NCBI RefSeq assembly: GCF_006345805.1
Contig: NC_043026.1
Coordinates: 12,441,579 to 12,505,578 of the forward strand
Direction of reading: 5' to 3'
DNA length: 64,000 bases
From: Octopus sinensis
Taxonomy: Eukaryota
Shown here: positions 28,155-40,939 of the stretch, piece by piece
Numbering within the stretch: position 1 is the first letter of the stretch
Layout of the letters: the number at the start of each line of letters is the position of its first letter
Notes under the pieces: generated by a model
What the model was told of the DNA's origin: nothing
The model's input: only the letters and a program-made list of their open reading frames with translations
Database searches by the model: none
Made by a program: the position numbers and the translations under genes

Positions 28155-30588
28155 TACGACGGGATTCTTTCAGTTTCCGTCTACCAAATCCACTCACAAG
28201 GCTTTGGTCAGCCCGAGGCTATAGTAGAAGACACTTAACTTTTTTTAAAAGATGATTAGTCGAAAGAATTCTTACCATTACACCAGCATCGGTTGTCAAG
28301 CAATGCTAGGAGGACAAACACAGACACAATCACACACACGCACATATATATATATACTACATATATACGACGGGCTTCTTTCAGTTTCCGTCTACCCAAT
28401 CCACTCACAAGGCTTTGGTCGGCCCGAAGCTATAGTAGAAAACACTTAACTTTTTTTAAAAGATGATTAGTCGAAAGAATTCTTACCATTACACCAGCAT
28501 CGGTTGTCAAGCAATGCTAGGAGGACAAACACAAACACACGCATATACATATATATACATATACGACGGGCTTCTTTCCAATGCGCCAGAGAAAAAATTT
28601 GTTTGCTTGTTATCAGTCGTAAGACACTTGTTGTTTTCACCGTTAATGCTTCTGTATTTCATGTTTCTGTATTCCATTATTGTTTTTTGTTTTTTTTTTT
28701 TTATATCTGTCCCTTTTGCTGTCCTGGTGTTCGTATGCATTCGATCCTTCTTCCAGGAAATCTACGCTTCCAGCTTAGTTTTTCTTGGAGGGCTGGCCGT
28801 GATCTAGTAATCTCAAGATTAATCAGCCGAAATTACTACGATGATCCGGTTCTTGACTGAAGACTGAGGGGTTCGAATGTCCTGTCCATGTTTATTGTAT
28901 CGTCTTCTATGAGTTATACGTTCTTGTCCATGTTGTATTTTTCTACATACCTTAACATATATTCCAGGCGCCCCGTACCCCCTTTATCATTAATGTGAAC
29001 ACATATTCTTAATAATTGGTACGACTCTCTGTTTGTCTCTCTCTCTCTCTCATTTTTACTTTCTCTCTATTCATCTTCTCTTTCCTCTGATCCTTTGGTC
29101 TAGTCTTCCACTACCCTCCTATTTCTTTGTCTCGCTCTGCACTCACAGGTCATTCTTCGACACCCATCCCTTCTCCTCTCTGATTCCTTCTTTCTCTCTT
29201 CTCTCTCTTGTTGCGTTTTGTCCCCCTTTTCTCTCTCTCTCTTCCTTTGCTTCTCTTTCTTTTCTTTTCCCTCTTCTCTGTCACGTGACTGTTGGCCGAA
29301 ATCTGCCTTTCAGCTCCTGACCTTCGTCGTGTTAACATCGTTGTTTGTCGTCCGCCGCTATAAAGGCTTTTTCCAATGCGCCAGAGAAAAAATTTGTTTG
29401 CTTGTTATCAGTCGTAAGACACTTGTTGTTTTCACCGTTAATGCTTCTGTATTTCATGTTTCTGTATTCCATTATTGTTTTTTGTTTTTTTTTTTATATC
29501 TGTCCCTTTTGCTGTCCTGGTGTTCGTATGCATTCGATCCTTCTTCCAGGAAATCTACGCTTCCAGCTTAGTTTTTTCTGGAGGGCTGGCCGTGATCTAG
29601 TAATCTCAAGATTAATCAGCCGAAATTACTACGATGATCGGTTCTTGACTGAAGACTGAGGGGTTCGAATGTCCTGTCCATGTTTATTGTATCGTCTTCT
29701 ATGAGTTATACGTTCTTGTCCATGTTGTATTTTTCTACATACCTTAATATATATATATATATAATATATATATATAATATATATATATAACATATATACG
29801 ACGGGATTCTTTCAGTTTCCGTCTACCAAATCCACTCACAAGGCTTTGGTCAGCCCGAGGCTATAGTAGAAGACACTTAACTTTTTTTAAAAGATGATTA
29901 GTCGAAAGAATTCTTACCATTACACCAGCATCGGTTGTCAAGCAATGCTAGGAGGACAAACACAGACACAATCACACACACGCACATATATATATATACA
30001 TACATATATACGACGGGCTTCTTTCAGTTTCCGTCTACCAAATCCACTCACAAGGCTTTGATCGGCCCGAGGCTATAGTAGAAAACACTTAACTTTTTTT
30101 AAAAGATGATTAGTCGAAAGAATTCTTACCATTACACCAGCATCGGTTGTCAAGCAATGCTAGGAGGACAAACACAAACACACACGCATATACATATATA
30201 TACATATATACGACGGGCTTCTTTCAGTTTCCGTCTACCAAATCCACTCACAAGGCTTTGGTCGGCCCGAGGCTATATATAGTAGAAGACACTTAACCTT
30301 TTTTTAAAAGATGATTAGTCGAAAGAATTCTTACCATTACGATTTTAAATTTTAAAGTTGCAAGTAGCTAAGATTTGAAAAAATGTATGAGTAGCGGGCA
30401 GTGATGGAAAATATCGCAGTACTGTAGTTGTGACCGAAAACATCAACACAGGAGGACGAATGAATGAATGAAGAACAAAGATTTATCAAAACCGCGAAGA
30501 AGAAACCACTACAGCGCATGCGTATATCAGTTAAGGGAAGATAATTTTCATTACGTATTGGTGCATCTCAGACAACATAGTTATATAC

Positions 30589-33500
30589 TTCTTTATTACC
30601 CACAAGGGGCTAAACACAGAGGGGACAAACAAGGACAGACAAAGGGATTAAGTCAATTACATTGATCTCAGTACGTAACTGGTACTTAAAAAAAAATATC
30701 CTGGCCTTACCTCGGATAATGACTTCCTACTCCAGTTTATGCCAGGGTGCCCACGAAGAAGAGAAAAGATAGCGCGGTACTTGTCTATTGTCGTCGTCCC
30801 GGTTTCGCACACGCGAATTCGCGCGCGCGCGCCAGACGTAGGTACTCGATACTCGAGATCCTACGAGGTGACTTGCGCATGCGCAGTGCAGAATTCGCGC
30901 ATGCGCGTTAACCCCCCCCCCACTAAAAAAAAAGGTGTTGGATTTCACTAAAAATATATGTGTGTGTGTGTGTATATATAACATTTTCAATTTTACACAA
31001 AAAAATTACATAGTCGCTTTCCTCGCGGATTTACAGATAAATGAATTAATTACTATTTTACAGAATAAAATTAATGAATTAATTATATAAATTAAATAAT
31101 TCTTGAAAATTAATTAATATTAATAATATTTTTTGAACAAAGTAAATAATTTATAAAACTTGGTTAATAATTTTTTTTACACAAACGCGAACGTATATAA
31201 TTTGTGAAACTTTTTTTTTTTTTACAGACGTATATAATTTGGTAAACTTAATGAATTAATTTCTTCTCATCATCATCATCGTTTAACGTCCGTTCTCCAT
31301 GCCAGCATGGGTTGGACGGTTCGACCGGGGATCTGGGAAGCCAGAAGGCTGCACCAGACTCCAGTCTTATCTGGCAATGTTTCTACAGCTGGATGCCCTT
31401 CCTAACGCCAACCACTCCGAGAGTGTAGTGGGTGCTTTTTACATGCCACCCGCACAGGTGCCAGGCGAGGCTGGCAACGGCCACGGTCGGATTGGTGCCA
31501 GTCGAGGCGGCTCTGGCATCGGCCACGATTCGGATAGTGCTTTTTACGTACCACCAGTCCAGGGGTCCTGGCATTTGCCGGGTGTCACACTTGCCCCAAC
31601 ATGTCTTCGCAAGCAAAGGGGGTTGGCATGGGTGCCTGTCGTGGGATGAGGTTCGATATCAACTTCGCTTGCCTCAACAGGTCTTTGTGTATAAATGTAT
31701 AAATTTTTCGCACTAAATTCTTTCCGTAGAATTTATCAAAAAACGCGCAAAATTATTCCGTAGAATTTATCAAATTAAAAAACGCAAAATTAATATATTT
31801 TTTGAAATTGCAAATTATTTAGAATATAAAACAAATGAAGTTAAATTTTTAAAATAAATGTCATATACTTATACTCTGTAAGGTGCTGTGTTCACACTTC
31901 AATTTACTATTTTCTAGAAATGTTGCTTTTCTAATTGAAACAATTTTTCTCAATCTCCATTTAAAAGTCCATCATGTCTCTTGAGACATATCAAAATGAA
32001 CAACTTTGAATTACGCGGCGGCGGTGGTTGTGTGAGGTTCTAATTTTTTTTTCTGATCTCTCTTTGCCCCCCTAGATGGAGGTGTGGTAGGGAGACAGAT
32101 GAAAGATGTTTCATTCTCTACTATATATGTATATATATATACAGATGAAAGATGTTTCATTCTCTACTATATATGTATATATATATATAGTAGAGAATGA
32201 AACATCTTTCATCTGTCTCCCTACCACACCTCCATCTAGGGGGGCAAAGAGAGATCAGAAAAAAAAATTAGAACCTCACACCACCACCGCCGCCGCGTAA
32301 TTCAAAGTTGTTCATTTTGATATGTCTCAAGAGACATGATGGACTTTTAAATGGAGATTGAGAAAAATTGTTTCAATTAGAAAAGCAACATTTCTAGAAA
32401 ATAGTAAATTGAAGTGTGAACACAGCACCTTACAGAGTATAAGTATATGACATTTATTTTAAAAATTTAACTTCATTTGTTTCATATTCTAAATAATTTG
32501 CAATTTCAAAAAATATATTAATTTTGCGTTTTTTAATTTGATAAATTCTACAGAATAATTTTGCGCGTTTTTTGATAAATTCTACGGAAAGAATTTAGTG
32601 CGAAAAATTTATACATTTATACACAAAGACCTGTTGAGGCAAGCGAAGTTGATATCGAACCTCATCCCACGACAGGCACCCATGCCAACCCCTTTGCTTG
32701 CGAAGACATGTTGGGGCAAGTGTGACACCCGGCAAATGCCAGGACCCCTGGACTGGTGGTACGTAAAAAGCACTATCCGAATCGTGGCCGATGCCAGAGC
32801 CGCCTCGACTGGCACCAATCCGACCGTGGCCGTTGCCAGCCTCGCCTGGCACCTGTGCGGGTGGCATGTAAAAAGCACCCACTACACTCTCGGAGTGGTT
32901 GGCGTTAGGAAGGGCATCCAGCTGTAGAAACATTGCCAGATAAGACTGGAGTCTGGTGCAGCCTTCTGGCTTCCCAGATCCCCGTCGAACCGTCCAACCC
33001 ATGCTGGCATGGAGAACGGACGTTAAACGATGATGACGATGAGAAGAAATTAATTCATTAAGTTTACCAAATTATATACGTCTGTAAAAAAAAAAAAAGT
33101 TTCACAAATTATATACGTTCGCGTTTGTGTAAAAAAAATTATTAACCAAGTTTTATAAATTATTTACTTTGTTCAAAAAATATTATTAATATTATTAATT
33201 TTCAAGAATTATTTAATTTTATAATTAATTCATTAATTTTATTCTGTAAAATAGTAATTAATTCATTTATCTGTAAATCCGCGAGGAAAGCGACTATGTA
33301 ATTTTTTTGTGTAAAATTGAAAATGTTTATATACCCACACACCACACACATATTTTTTAGTGAAATCCAACACCTTTTTTTTTAGTGGGGGGGGGTTAAC
33401 GCGCATGCGCGAATTCTGCACTGCGCATGCGCAAGTCACCTCGTAGGATCTCGAGTATCGAGTACCTACGTCTGGCGCGCGCGCGCGAATTCGCGTGTGC

Positions 33501-33717
33501 GAACCGGGACGACGACAATAGATAAGTACCGCGCTATCTTTTCTCTTCTTCGTGGGCACCCTGGCATAAACTGGAGTAGGAAGTCATTATCCGAGGTAAG
33601 GCCAGGATATTTTTTTTTAAGTACCAGTTACGTACTGAGATCAATGTAATTGACTTAATTCGTTTGACTGTCCTTGTTTGTCCTCTCTGTGTTTAGCCCC
33701 TTGTGGGTAATAAAGAA
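30589..33717. repeat. Near-perfect ~3.1-kb palindrome (arms ~1.55 kb, centre ~32125-32190)
   Basis: For example, 30661-30740 is the reverse complement of ~33566-33650; the centre has a 46-bp tandem duplication plus (TA)n. Confidence 0.92.
33390..33595 (+). promoter_or_regulatory. CpG-rich putative promoter and first exon of ZNF gene 4 (mirror copy at 30711-30915 on minus strand)
   Basis: GCGCATGCGC at 33401 and perfect TGCGCATGCGCA (NRF1) at 33422-33433; donor GAG|GTAAG at 33596; acceptor TTTCAG|AATACC at 34592. Confidence 0.6.
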
Positions 33718-34455
33718 ATAGGTATTTCGTCTGCCGTTACGTTCTGAGGTCAAATTCCGCCGAGGTCGACTTTGCCTTTCATCCTTTCGGGGTTGATAAA
33801 TTAAGTACCAGTTACGCACTGGGGTCGATATAATCGACTTAATCCGTTTGTCTGTCCTTGTTTGTCCCCTCTATGTTTAGCCCCTTGTGGGTAATAAAGA
33901 AATAGGTATTTCGTCTGCCGTTACGTTCTGAGTTCAAATTCCGCCGAGGTCAACTTTGCCTTTCATCCTTTCGAGGTCGATAAATTAAGTACCAATTACG
34001 CACTGGGGTCGATGTAATTGACTTAATCCGTTTGTCTGTCCTTGTTTGTCCCCTCTATGTTTAGCCCCTTGTGGGTAATAAAGAAATAGGTATTTCGTCT
34101 GCCGTTACGTTCTGAGTTCAAATTCCGCCGAGGTCGACTTTGCCTTTCATCCTTCCGGGGTTGATAAATTAAGTACCAGTTACGCACTGGGGTCGATATA
34201 ATCGACTTAATCCGTTTGTCTGTCCTTGTTTGTCCTCTCTATGTTTAGCCCCTTGTGGGTAATAAAGAAATAGGTATTTCGTCTGCCGTTACGTTCTGGG
34301 TTCAAATTCCGCCGAGGTCGACTTTGCCTTTCATTCTTTCGGGGTCGATAAATTAAGTACCAGTTACGCACTGGAGTCGATGTAATCGACTTAATCCCTT
34401 TGTCTGTCCTTGTTTGTCCTCTCTGTGTTTAGCCCCTTGTGGGCAGTAAAGAAAT
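33620..34455 (+). repeat. Tandem array (~183-bp period, ~4.5 units) of the Deu/Nin-type SINE 3' portion
   Basis: Repeated GGTATTTCGTCTGCCGTTACGTTCTG...CCCCTTGTGGGTAATAAAGAAATA. Confidence 0.85.
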
Positions 34456-34778
34456 ATATAACTACTAGCATTAAAGACCCGTCGTTGCCGGGTCATAGTG
34501 CTAGTGCATGTATATATGTGTACCAAGTTATTTTGGTACTACTTGAGACCAGTGGTCCCTTTTAGTTTATACTCTTCCTTTGTTATTTCAGAATACCAGA
34601 TGACATTGGCATCAAAGAATATTTTCACCTGGGATTTATTGGTCATTTATGAAGATTACAGGAAAATGTTACACAGAAAAGATATAACCCTGTTTATATA
34701 AATCTATAATGGAATTATTGTGAAATATTTCCTTTCACTGAGATATTTTGCAAGACGTCTCATCTTCACTGTCTAGAA

Positions 34779-35149
34779 TGTGCACAAGGTTATTTTAAAC
34801 TTTAATAAAATTTGAGATTTCAAAGAAATTTGCAACTTCTGGAAATATAGTATACCAGATGACATTGGCATCAAAGAGTATTTTCACCTGGGATTTATTC
34901 GTTATTTACGAAGATTACAGGAAAATGTTTGTGCACAAGGTGATTTTAAACTTTAATAAAATTTGAGATTTCAAAGAAATTTGCAACTTCTGGAAATATA
35001 GTATACCAGATGACATTGGCATCAAAGAGTATTTTCACCTGGGATTTATTCGTTATTTACGAAGATTACAGGAAAATGTTTGTGCACAAGGTGATTTTAA
35101 ACTTTGATAAAATTTGAGATTTCAAAGAAATTTGCAACTTCTGGAAATA
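34779..35149 (+). repeat. 151-bp tandem repeat within the ZNF4 5' leader
   Basis: TATACCAGATGACATTGGCATC at 34851 and 35002 re-copies the exon start at ~34593. Confidence 0.85.
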
Positions 35150-35230
35150 TTGACTGAGCTTATAGCTGATGAAAATATAGCGGAAGAAATATTTGTTAGG
35201 AATAAGCATTTTAAATTAAAAAGGAAGAAA

Positions 35231-37183
35231 ATGATGGAAAACGAATTGTGTGAGGATAACAGTAAATGCGAAGCAGAGTTTGAAAGGGTTGAGTCTACTG
35301 ATGAGAGAGCAACTGGTACGGAACAGACATCGTACCACTGTGATATCTGTAAAAAGTCATTCTCTCAGGAAGATATCTTCACTGCTCACACATGTATTCA
35401 TAAAAGAAACAAGCCACATCACTGTAATATCTGTGGTAAATCATTCTGTCAGAAAATTGCCTTAACTGCTCACAAATGTATTCATACAGGAGAGAAACCA
35501 TATAACTGTGATATCTGTGGTAAATTATACTCTACAAATAGTCAACTGACTGTGCACAAATGTATTCATACAGGAGAGAAACCATATCAGTGTGATATCT
35601 GTGGTAAATCATCCTCTGAAAATGGTACCTTAACTAAACATAAACGTATTCATACAGGAGAGAAACCATATCACTGTGATATCTGTGGTAAATCATTCTC
35701 TCTGAAAATCGCCTTAACTGCTCACAAACGCAGTCATACAGGAGAGAAACCATATCACTGTGATATCTGTGGTAAACCGTTCTCTGAAAATAGTACCTTA
35801 ACTAAACATAAACGTATTCATACAGGAGAGAAACCATATCACTGTAATATCTGTGGTAAATCATTCTCTCAGAAAATCTCCTTAACTAAACATAAACGCA
35901 CTCATACAGGAGAGAAACCATATTCCTGTGATATCTGTGGAAAACTGTTCTCTGAAAATGGTACCTTAACTAGACATAAACATATTCATACAGGAGAGAA
36001 ACCACATCCCTGTGATATCTGTGGTAAATCATTCTCTCAGAAAATCGCCTTAACTACTCACAAACGTATTCATACAGGAGAGAAACCATATTCCTGTGAT
36101 ATCTGTGGAAAACCGTTCTCTGAAAATGGTACCTTAACTAAACATAAACGTATTCATACAGGAGAGAAACCATTTCCCTGTGATATCTGTGGTAAATTAT
36201 ACTCTACTAATAGTCAACTGACTTATCACAAACATATTCATACAGGAGAAAGACCATATCACTGTGATATTTGTGGTAAATCATTCTCCCAATCTGGTTC
36301 CCTAACTATACACATACGCATCCATACAGGAGAGAAACCATATCAGTGTGATATCTGTGATAAGTCATTCTTGGATGGCGCTCGCTTAACTAAACACAAA
36401 CGCGCTCATACAGGTGAGAAGCCATATCAGTGTAACATCTGTGGAAAATCATTCTCACGTACTGAACCCTTAACTAAACACAGACGTATTCACACAGGAG
36501 AAAAACCATATCGGTGTGATGTCTGCGGTAAATCGTTCTCTCGAAATAATTGTTTAACTACTCACAAACGTATTCATACAGGTGAAAAACCATACCGCTG
36601 TCGCATCTGTGGTAAATCATTTCCTGTATCTTCTCCCTTAACGATACACATGCGTACTCATACAGGAGAGAAACCATATCGTTGTGATATCTGTGGGAAA
36701 TCCTTTACCCAAAATCATAGCTTAGCTACTCACAAACGCTTTCATATGAATGAAAAGCCATATCGTTGTGATATCTGTGGTAAATCATTCACTCTAAATG
36801 ATGCTTTAACTAAACACAAACACATTCATACAGGAGATAAACCATATCAGTGTGATATTTGTGGTAAATCATTTTCTCAGGTTGGATCCTTAATTACTCA
36901 CAAACGCATTCATACAGGTGAGAAACCATATCACTGTGATACCTGTGGTAAATCTTTCCCTTCAAGTAGCCGCTTAACTACTCACAAACGCACCCATACA
37001 GGTGAGAAGCCACATCACTGTGATACCTGTGGTAAATCTTTCCCTACAAGTAGCAACTTAACTAAACACAGACGCTCTCATACAGGAGAGAAGCCATATC
37101 CGTGTGATATCTGTGGTAGATCATTTTCCGATAGAAGTACCTTCAATAAACACAGACGCATTCATACAGGAGAAATGCCATAA
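35231..37183 (+). CDS. Poly-C2H2 zinc-finger protein, 22 fingers (ZNF gene 4)
   Basis: The ORF track starts at a TTG at 35114; the MMENEL ATG at 35231 matches the paralog starts and gives 650 aa. Confidence 0.93.
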   Translation: MMENELCEDNSKCEAEFERVESTDERATGTEQTSYHCDICKKSFSQEDIFTAHTCIHKRNKPHHCNICGKSFCQKIALTAHKCIHTGEKPYNCDICGKLYSTNSQLTVHKCIHTGEKPYQCDICGKSSSENGTLTKHKRIHTGEKPYHCDICGKSFSLKIALTAHKRSHTGEKPYHCDICGKPFSENSTLTKHKRIHTGEKPYHCNICGKSFSQKISLTKHKRTHTGEKPYSCDICGKLFSENGTLTRHKHIHTGEKPHPCDICGKSFSQKIALTTHKRIHTGEKPYSCDICGKPFSENGTLTKHKRIHTGEKPFPCDICGKLYSTNSQLTYHKHIHTGERPYHCDICGKSFSQSGSLTIHIRIHTGEKPYQCDICDKSFLDGARLTKHKRAHTGEKPYQCNICGKSFSRTEPLTKHRRIHTGEKPYRCDVCGKSFSRNNCLTTHKRIHTGEKPYRCRICGKSFPVSSPLTIHMRTHTGEKPYRCDICGKSFTQNHSLATHKRFHMNEKPYRCDICGKSFTLNDALTKHKHIHTGDKPYQCDICGKSFSQVGSLITHKRIHTGEKPYHCDTCGKSFPSSSRLTTHKRTHTGEKPHHCDTCGKSFPTSSNLTKHRRSHTGEKPYPCDICGRSFSDRSTFNKHRRIHTGEMP

Positions 37184-37225
37184 CATTGCAATGCCAGTAG
37201 TAAATTATTCTCTGAAAGTAATTTC

Positions 37226-37641
37226 GGATCTTTTCGGTTTGAACGGCAGTTTTTTCTAGCGGTGTCATATGAAATTGTCACCCATAATTATGACCCTAGT
37301 ATCGATCTATTGCATTTCGATCTGTTTTAGGGTTAAGGGTGGGGGAAGGGTATCTATTTTCCTTCAGAAATGTAAATAAACCCAATCTGTTTCTTAAACG
37401 AGAGACATATTCATATGGCACAGACTGTTTTTTTTTTTACCTCAATAGACGTCAGTGATTGGTTGAAATTGCAGAAATTGAAGAGAAAAAAACAATAAAT
37501 ATCTTACAAACTATAGAATTTTCTCAATAATGCCAAGAGAAAAAGATGTTTTATAAACACATTCTACCAGTATACGAAGTTTAAAATTTTCTAGTTACCT
37601 AGAAATTATGTTAAAAACTGCCGTTCAAACCGAAGAGATCC
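37226..37641. mobile_element. ~415-bp MITE with GGATCTTTTC.GTTTGA.CGGCAG TIRs; inverted copy at 56737-57148; repeated 3' fragments at 9170-9555, 20220-20600, 37740-38215
   Basis: Terminal inverted repeats and multiple dispersed copies. Confidence 0.75.
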
Positions 37642-38432
37642 CTTTTTTTCTGATGATTTTCTTTTTAAATTGTTTCTATAAAAAAAGACATTAAACGTCG
37701 CCCTTTTCAAGCCTAGCCAGGCTCGTGGGCCCGGAAAAAAACAACAAATATCTTACAAACTATAGAATTTTCTCAATAAAGCCAAGAGAAAAAGATGTTT
37801 TATAAACACATTCTGCCAGTATACGAAGTTTAAAAGTGTTTAGTTGCCTAGAAGTTATGTTACAAAGTGCCGTTCAAAAGGAAAAGATCCTGTTTTAACC
37901 TCAATATAGACGTCATTGATTGGTTGAAATTGCAGAAATTGAAGAAAAAAACAACAAATATCTTATAAACTATAGAATTTTCTCAATAAAGCCAAGAGAA
38001 AAAGATGTTTTATAAACACATTCTACCAGTATACGAAGTTTAAAAGTGTTTAGTTACGTGGAAATTATTTTAAAAAACTGCCGGTCAAAGTGAAAAGATC
38101 CCAAATATCTTACAAACCATAGAATTTTCTCAATAAAGCCAAGAGAAAAAGATGTTTTATAAACACATTCTACCAGTATACAAAGTTTAAAAGTGTTTAG
38201 TTACATGGAAATTAGTTCACACAGAAAATAAGAATTGTGTTTTTACCACCTCCTAACACTTTATTTTATATTACCATAACTATATCGTGTATACGTAACA
38301 GTGTATTCTGATGTTTTTAATAAAATTCCTTTTTCCAATCACTTGTGAGTTTTATGTGTATTCTATCATTGGAAGGATTCAGTTTTGGTAAGATTTGGAC
38401 AATTTCTTTCATTTATTTTAACTTGATTGTTG

Positions 38433-38872
38433 TAAAAGGCAGACTGTATGATGCATGTGTACGAACAGCCATGCTACATGGCAGTGAAACATGGGCCGTG
38501 ACTGCTGAGGACATGCGTAAGCTCGCGAGAAATGAAGCTAGTATGCTCCGTTGGATGTGTAATGTCAGTGTTCATAGTCGACAGAGTGTAAGTACCTTGA
38601 GAGAAAAGTTGGACCTAAGAGGAATCAGATGTTGTGTGCAAGAGAGCCGATTGCGCTGGTATGGTCATGTGGTGAGAATGGATGAAGATAGGTGTGTGAA
38701 AAAGTGCCACACCCTGGCAGTTGAGGGGACCTGTGGAAGAGGTAGACCCAGGAAAACCTGGGTCGAGGTAGTGAAGCACGACCTTCGAACTCTAGGTCTC
38801 ACCAAGGAAATGACCAGAGACCGAGACCTATGGAAGTATGCTGTGCGTGAGAAGACCCAGCAAGACCAGTGA
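38433..38872 (+). pseudogene. 5'-truncated RTE-clade LINE, C-terminal part of the RT ORF
   Basis: KGRLYDACVRTAMLHGSETW...MLRWMC...RLRWYGHVVRM...RGRPRKTW motifs typical of RTE ORF2. Confidence 0.85.
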
Positions 38873-38919
38873 GAACAATCAAAATCAAATCATATATCAG
38901 AAAGCAGGGGTTAAGTGAC

Positions 38920-39926
38920 CCATCTGTTCGTGTCCGCTGTCAGCCTCGTCTGGCACCCGTGCCGGTGATACGTAAAAGCACCATTTGCTCATGGCCGTTT
39001 GCCAGCTCTGCCTGGCCCCGTGTCGGTGGCACGTAAAAGCACCATCCGTTCGTGTTCGTTGCCAGCCTCGCCTGGCCCCGTGCCGGTGACACGTAAAGGC
39101 ACCTTCCGTTCGTGGCCGTTGGTCAGCTCTGTCTGGCCCCGTGTCGGTGGCACGTAAAAGCACCATCCGTTCGTGGCCGTTTGCCAACTCTGTCTGGCCC
39201 CGTGTCGGTGGCACGTAAAAGCACCATCCGTCTGTGTCCGTTGCCAGCCTCGGCTGGCCCCCGTGCCGGTGACACGTAAAAGCACCGTCCGCTCGTGGCC
39301 GTTTGCCAGCTCTGTCTGGCAACCGTGTCGGTGGCACGTAAAAGCACCATCCGTTCACGTCCATTGCCAGCCTCGGCTGGCCCCCGTGCCGGTGACACGT
39401 AAAAGCACCATCCGTTCGTGGCCGGTTGCCAGCTCTGTCTGGCCCCGTGTCGGTGGCACGTAAAAGCACCATCCATCCGTGTCCGTTGCCAGCCTCGGCT
39501 GGCCCCCGTGCCGGTGACACGTAAAAGCACCGTCCGCTCGTGGCCGTTTGCCAGCTCTGTCTGGCAACCGTGTCGGTGGCACGTAAAAGCACCATCCGTT
39601 CGTGTCCGTTGCCAGCCTCGGCTGGCCCCCGTGCTGGTGACACGTAAAAGCACCGTCCGTTCGTGGCCGGTTGCCAGCTCTGTCTGGCCCCGTGCCGGTG
39701 ACACGTAAAAGCACCATCCGTTCGTGGCCGTTCGCCAGCTCTGTCTGGCACCTGTGCAGGTGGCACGTAAAAAACACCCACTACACTCGCGGAGTGGTTG
39801 CCGTTAGGAAGGGCATCCAGCCGTAGAAACACTGCCAGATCTGACTGGGCCTGACGAAGCCTTCCAGCTTCTCAGACTCCAGTTGACCCGTCCAACCCAT
39901 GCTAGCATGGAAAACGGACGCTAAAC

Positions 39927-39955
<29 letters not shown>
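38920..39955 (+). repeat. GC-rich ~60-bp minisatellite (~14 units, two alternating variants) expanded within a (GAT)n-tailed SINE
   Basis: Repeated GGTG(G/A)CACGTAAAAGCACC.TCCG.TCGTG.CCGTT.GCCAGC; accounts for the long spurious ORFs here. Confidence 0.85.
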
Positions 39956-39957
<2 letters not shown>

Positions 39958-40097
39958 GTTGAGGTGAATGCTTCTTTGCAGATGTCAATATAACATTAAC
40001 CCTTACTTCATATAAATGCCATGTGGCTTGCATACTTCTAATCGAAGGTGTGCAATTGATACTGCTCTGGTAGCCAAGGAATGTTAAATATAGTCAT

Positions 40098-40790
40098 AGG
40101 CACAGGAGTGGCTGTGTGGTAAATAGCTTGCTAACCAACCACATGGTTCCGGGTTCAGTCCCACTGCGTGGCATCTTGGTCAAGTGTCTTCTGCTATAGC
40201 CTCGGGCCGACAAAAGCCTTGTGAGTGGATTTGGTAAACGGAAACTGAAAGAAGCCTGTCGTAGTGACCGCATGTGTACCGTTGGCGATTTCTTTTCCTC
40301 CGTCTTTCCTTCTATGTTTCCAACGAAGAGCTCCGCTCGAAACGTTAAGCCCTCCTTCTTTCCTGAACGTCCAATAATACTATATTTGTTCCACATCCTC
40401 ACGTTGTTGTGCTTTTTTGTGCTTTCTTGTATAGATTAACTGTATATATATATATGTATATGTATGTTTGTGTGTCTGTGTTTGTCTCCCCCAACATCGC
40501 TTGACAACCGATGCTGGTGTGTTTACGTCCCCGTCACTTAGCGGTTCGGCAAAAAGAGACCGATAGAATAAGTATTGGGCTTACAAAGAATAAGTCCCGG
40601 GGTCGATTTGCTCGACTAAAGGCGGTGCTCCAGCATGGCCACAGTCAAATGACTGAAACAAGTAAAAGAGAAAAGAGACCGATAGAATAAGTATTGGGCT
40701 TACAAAGAATGAGTCCCGGGGTCGATTTGCTCGACTAAAGGCGGTGCTCCAGCATGGCCACAGTCAAATGACTGAAACAAGTAAAAGAGT
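40098..40790 (+). mobile_element. tRNA SINE interrupted by a PLE-like fragment (40262-40445) and with duplicated tail
   Basis: SINE head at 40098; the insert contains ACGAAGAGCTCCGCTCGAAACGTT (degenerate hammerhead-like). Confidence 0.7.
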
Positions 40791-40939
40791 AAGGTTTCAA
40801 ATGCCCCTAATGTTTAACTTAATTGTAAGAAAACAAAAGTAAATGTTAAAATGAAACTGGACAGTGAGGGGCATGGACAGGTTGGATTGTACAAGTATCT
40901 TGGAGCCCAAATCTCTGGTAAAGCTACAGGTAAGAATTT

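Larger units (their letters stand above)
19319..30690. repeat. Tandem segmental duplication, copy 2 (contains ZNF gene 3)
   Basis: Colinear with 8324-16310; carries extra insertions (~19693-19748 and 26936-29746 region) and many 1-bp indels. Confidence 0.9.

Noticed and set aside
35114-35230. 39-aa N-terminal extension of ZNF4 in the ORF track
   Set aside because: Starts at a TTG within the 151-bp leader repeat; paralogs start at the MMENEL ATG
38897-39832. 311-aa and overlapping ORFs with repeated motifs
   Set aside because: Translations of a stop-poor 60-bp minisatellite inside a SINE; open in several frames on both strands
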